DNA of 59,932 bases from Alphaproteobacteria bacterium (GTDB taxonomy: Bacteria > Pseudomonadota > Alphaproteobacteria > Micropepsales > Micropepsaceae): positions 1 to 59,932 of the forward strand of contig JBEIFU010000001.1 of the NCBI GenBank assembly GCA_040382295.1. The letters are read 5' to 3'. The notes below the pieces were generated by a model. That model saw only the letters and a program-made list of their open reading frames with translations. It did not search any database and was not told the origin of the DNA. Position 1 is the stretch's first letter, and each line of letters begins with the position of its first letter. This document shows positions 57,219 to 59,932 of the stretch, piece after piece. Position numbers and translations under genes: made by a program.

Positions 57219-59925
57219 GATCATCTCGCCGTTTGATGGGTTCGGATCGCCGTTCGGGCCACGTCGGGCTGGCGGGGCTGCGGCTCCCGCTGTCTTTGAC
57301 TACACGATCACCAACGATGCGCAGTGGGCGACAATCCCCGCAGGTATCCTATCGGGTGGCGGTCGAGTTGGGATTGAACCCGGCAACTACACGGCCAAGA
57401 CGATCACGGCGGCCCCTTCATCACGCTTGGTATTTGAGGCGACCAATCCCGGCAGCAAGCCGGTAATTGATCGGATTACTTTGAACGGCAGCCAGCGGAT
57501 TACACTCAAGTCGCTGCGCATTGTCTCCTCACAGTGGGCGGATTCCGTCGTAACAAATAACTGCGTGACCCTCACTGGATCAAACGTTTCACCGATCTTG
57601 GATAGTTGTGATCTTCAGGGCAACTATCGCGGCACAGTTGGGCCGATTGATGTAGTCAACAATCTACCCGAATACGCCTGCATTGCAGCAGATGTGTCTG
57701 GCGGGGCGATCAGTGCGCTCGAAATCACCCAGCCCTATGTCGGCACGCTAATTGCCGATGGCGTCCACAGCCTGGACTTTACTCCGGCAGGTGGGACAGG
57801 GGCAACGGCGACTTTCACGGTCACTGGTGGGGACATCGTGAGTACAAGTCTGACAGCCGGGGGTTCTGGATATACAACATCGAGCCACCGTACACGGCGG
57901 GCGATTTGGACCGGACAGCGCCGGATGCTGGACTGGTTGCCGTGGGGCATCCGGGGTTCAAGTTCAACCGGGGTAAGCGGCATTGTCGTGCAGGACTGCA
58001 CGTTTGATACGCTCGCAAACGCCTTCAAGCCGGGCACGGTAAATGGCAGCGTCACGTCGCTGCGCAACACCTTCACGCGGACTTATATGGATGTGCAGTC
58101 GTTTGGGCTGTCTCACCCGGACGCGCCCTATCCTGTCACGATTGCCTTCAACTACTCGTCACTGCCATTCTCGATCGCGCAGAAAGACGCGGGCGATCCG
58201 CATTCGGACGTTGTGCAACTCTTCGCGGACGACCTCGGCGGAGCGGGCAACATCACAACAGCGAATTGGGAGAACGTGTTGGTGTACGGGAACGTCCATC
58301 AAGACGGTACTTGCAGAGGCTCGGTGCAGGGTATGATCATCGCGGACATGCCCTCAGGCGTGTCTTTCGCAGGCTCGAAGTTCGTCGGAAACCACATTGC
58401 ATCCAACGAGCAACCTCTTGGGATTGCTATAACCAACCCGCGCGACTGTTACATCTACGCGAATAGCATCATCCGACACGATCACACTGACACCGTGCGC
58501 AACGTTTCAGCAGTCCAGCTTCGCGTCCCCGGCATTCAAGACAATCCGGGTGGTGGGTACTACGCCTACGGGAGCAATCTGGTAGGCCACAACATCGTTG
58601 AGGGGTTCGATGCCAATGGCTTCGGGATTCCAGAAGTCAACGGCCAGCGGTACTCAAATACCATCCTTGGGGCCATAGGTGCAACGGTTGCATACACGTC
58701 CGTATTCACGGCCCCGACCGGGGCGCGGGCGACGTTGGCGCAGATCAAATCCGCTTATACCCCCATCGGTGCATACTCGGCCAAGGGCGCTTTTGGATCA
58801 GCCAGTCCTGTAGATGTCGTGAACCGCACTTACAGTCTGAGCCTTGAACCGACTTATGTGCAATTTGATGACTTGATCGGGCAGGCGCTTAACACGCAAG
58901 TTACATCGAACTGGTCGCGGATCGTCGGCGGACCTGCAACACGGTCAATCAGCGTCTCGGGGGCCAGCGCCCAATGGCGACAGGCGGATGATGCGTCAGG
59001 CACAAACGCAACAGCGTGGACATCTTCCAGCGGAACCCTGACTATCGGTAAGTTCCTGCAAGTCCGGGCCACATCCGGGGGTGATGGCGCATCGGTGACC
59101 GCGAACGTTACTATCGGTAGCGAGGTCTATTCGTGGGGCGTAACATCTCTGTCAACAGCGTCGTTTGTAGCCATTGACAACGGCGGCTCTGCGCGGTCAA
59201 GCGTTTCTGCACTCAGCACAGACACTGGCATTCGGAAGGTAGCTATTGCGTTCAGAATGCGCCCCGATGCGGTCACTGCCGGAGCAAATTTCTTCGCGGA
59301 TTCGGCTGCATCAACCTTCCGAGTTTGGTTTCCCACAACAGGCGCATTTCGTGGGCAGTTCTTCAATTCGGGTAGAGTACAACTGCGGCCCGTTCTGACG
59401 CCCACAACTGTTATGAAGACGCACATCATAACGCTGGACTTCACGAACCCCAACGCGGCGCAGGGCTGCTCTTGGGCCACCATTGAAGACGGTATTCTGC
59501 TCAACAACACAACGGGTTCAGGTGGCACATTCGACAGCCGGTCAGTAGCTGGGTCTGGCTCAGACTACGGCGCGGCCAGTCTGCAAGCGTCAGGTGCGAC
59601 TTCGGCCCTTTTCCACTCTGCTGGTGACCTCGGTATCTTTGGTGAATCAGACGGTGGTGGGACGCTATTCGATGGGGCCTTCGAGTTCATGTGGATCGAT
59701 TGGGGCGGCAGTGGTTACACCATCCCCGACATCACGCTGGCTTCCATCCGAAACAAATGGGCGGCTGGTATCATCGGGGCCAATGGCAACGGTCCAACAG
59801 GGTCGCAACCAAAGTGCTTCTGGACTGCAACCGATCTTACGGAAGCTAACAGCGGTGGTGGGATGCCAAACCTCGGCAGCATTTCAAGCAAGCCACTCGT
59901 CAAGCAGGCGGGAACTTACGCCTAA
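57211..59925 (+). CDS. Tailspike / depolymerase-like protein with a right-handed beta-helix (904 aa)
   Basis: 'RITLNGSQRITLKSLRIVSS...CVTLTGSNVSPILDSCDLQGN', 'GIVVQDCTFDT'. Start MREIISP. The 3' end lies in the terminal repeat. Confidence 0.6.
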   Translation: MREIISPFDGFGSPFGPRRAGGAAAPAVFDYTITNDAQWATIPAGILSGGGRVGIEPGNYTAKTITAAPSSRLVFEATNPGSKPVIDRITLNGSQRITLKSLRIVSSQWADSVVTNNCVTLTGSNVSPILDSCDLQGNYRGTVGPIDVVNNLPEYACIAADVSGGAISALEITQPYVGTLIADGVHSLDFTPAGGTGATATFTVTGGDIVSTSLTAGGSGYTTSSHRTRRAIWTGQRRMLDWLPWGIRGSSSTGVSGIVVQDCTFDTLANAFKPGTVNGSVTSLRNTFTRTYMDVQSFGLSHPDAPYPVTIAFNYSSLPFSIAQKDAGDPHSDVVQLFADDLGGAGNITTANWENVLVYGNVHQDGTCRGSVQGMIIADMPSGVSFAGSKFVGNHIASNEQPLGIAITNPRDCYIYANSIIRHDHTDTVRNVSAVQLRVPGIQDNPGGGYYAYGSNLVGHNIVEGFDANGFGIPEVNGQRYSNTILGAIGATVAYTSVFTAPTGARATLAQIKSAYTPIGAYSAKGAFGSASPVDVVNRTYSLSLEPTYVQFDDLIGQALNTQVTSNWSRIVGGPATRSISVSGASAQWRQADDASGTNATAWTSSSGTLTIGKFLQVRATSGGDGASVTANVTIGSEVYSWGVTSLSTASFVAIDNGGSARSSVSALSTDTGIRKVAIAFRMRPDAVTAGANFFADSAASTFRVWFPTTGAFRGQFFNSGRVQLRPVLTPTTVMKTHIITLDFTNPNAAQGCSWATIEDGILLNNTTGSGGTFDSRSVAGSGSDYGAASLQASGATSALFHSAGDLGIFGESDGGGTLFDGAFEFMWIDWGGSGYTIPDITLASIRNKWAAGIIGANGNGPTGSQPKCFWTATDLTEANSGGGMPNLGSISSKPLVKQAGTYA

Positions 59926-59932
59926 TTCACGC
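59794..59932. repeat. Direct terminal repeat, right copy (identical to 1..139)
   Basis: Exact 139-nt match to the start of the window. The unique genome length is therefore 59,793 bp. Confidence 0.95.

Overview
The window is a complete, GC-rich phage genome of 59,793 unique bp. The first 139 nt are repeated exactly as the last 139 nt, so it is either a circular assembly or terminally redundant. Gene content suggests a podovirus-like phage of a GC-rich, probably alphaproteobacterial, host; the host assignment is inference only. Modules, in coordinate order: (i) 405-6423 (-), a terminase small subunit, a ~0.7 kb mostly non-coding A/T-tract region, an HNH endonuclease, an initiator-like tRNA-Met (+) and about 15 small tightly coupled genes, including Arc-type RHH, HTH and DnaJ-type zinc-finger proteins. 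(ii) 6604-12803 (+), an early operon with RadC/JAB and a C5-cytosine methyltransferase. (iii) 12743-17163 (-), an MT-A70 methyltransferase, a DUF1376 replication organiser, RusA and regulators. (iv) 17293-21748 (+), a recombination module with PD-(D/E)XK exonuclease, Erf and an SMC-like ATPase. (v) 21777-56816 (-), one long virion operon: terL, portal, scaffold, capsid, tail, lysis cassette, fibres and internal/ejection proteins, ending in a 4,403-aa polyvalent protein that takes up about 22% of the genome. (vi) 56940 through the repeat (+), a beta-helix tailspike cassette. I consider four observations most notable. The giant ParB-methylase-helicase-metallopeptidase protein sits in the position of an ejected virion protein. 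A protein-like +1-frame ORF is embedded in its inter-domain linker, and the codon-position GC signature there belongs to the embedded frame. terL is split into separate ATPase and nuclease genes by an unrelated 152-aa ORF. The C5-methylase gene has two fully open overlapping frames that both carry methylase-family motifs. I did not recognise an integrase, DNA polymerase, primase, RNA polymerase, CRISPR array or reverse transcriptase. All calls come from reading the supplied translations and sequence by eye; no database search was run.
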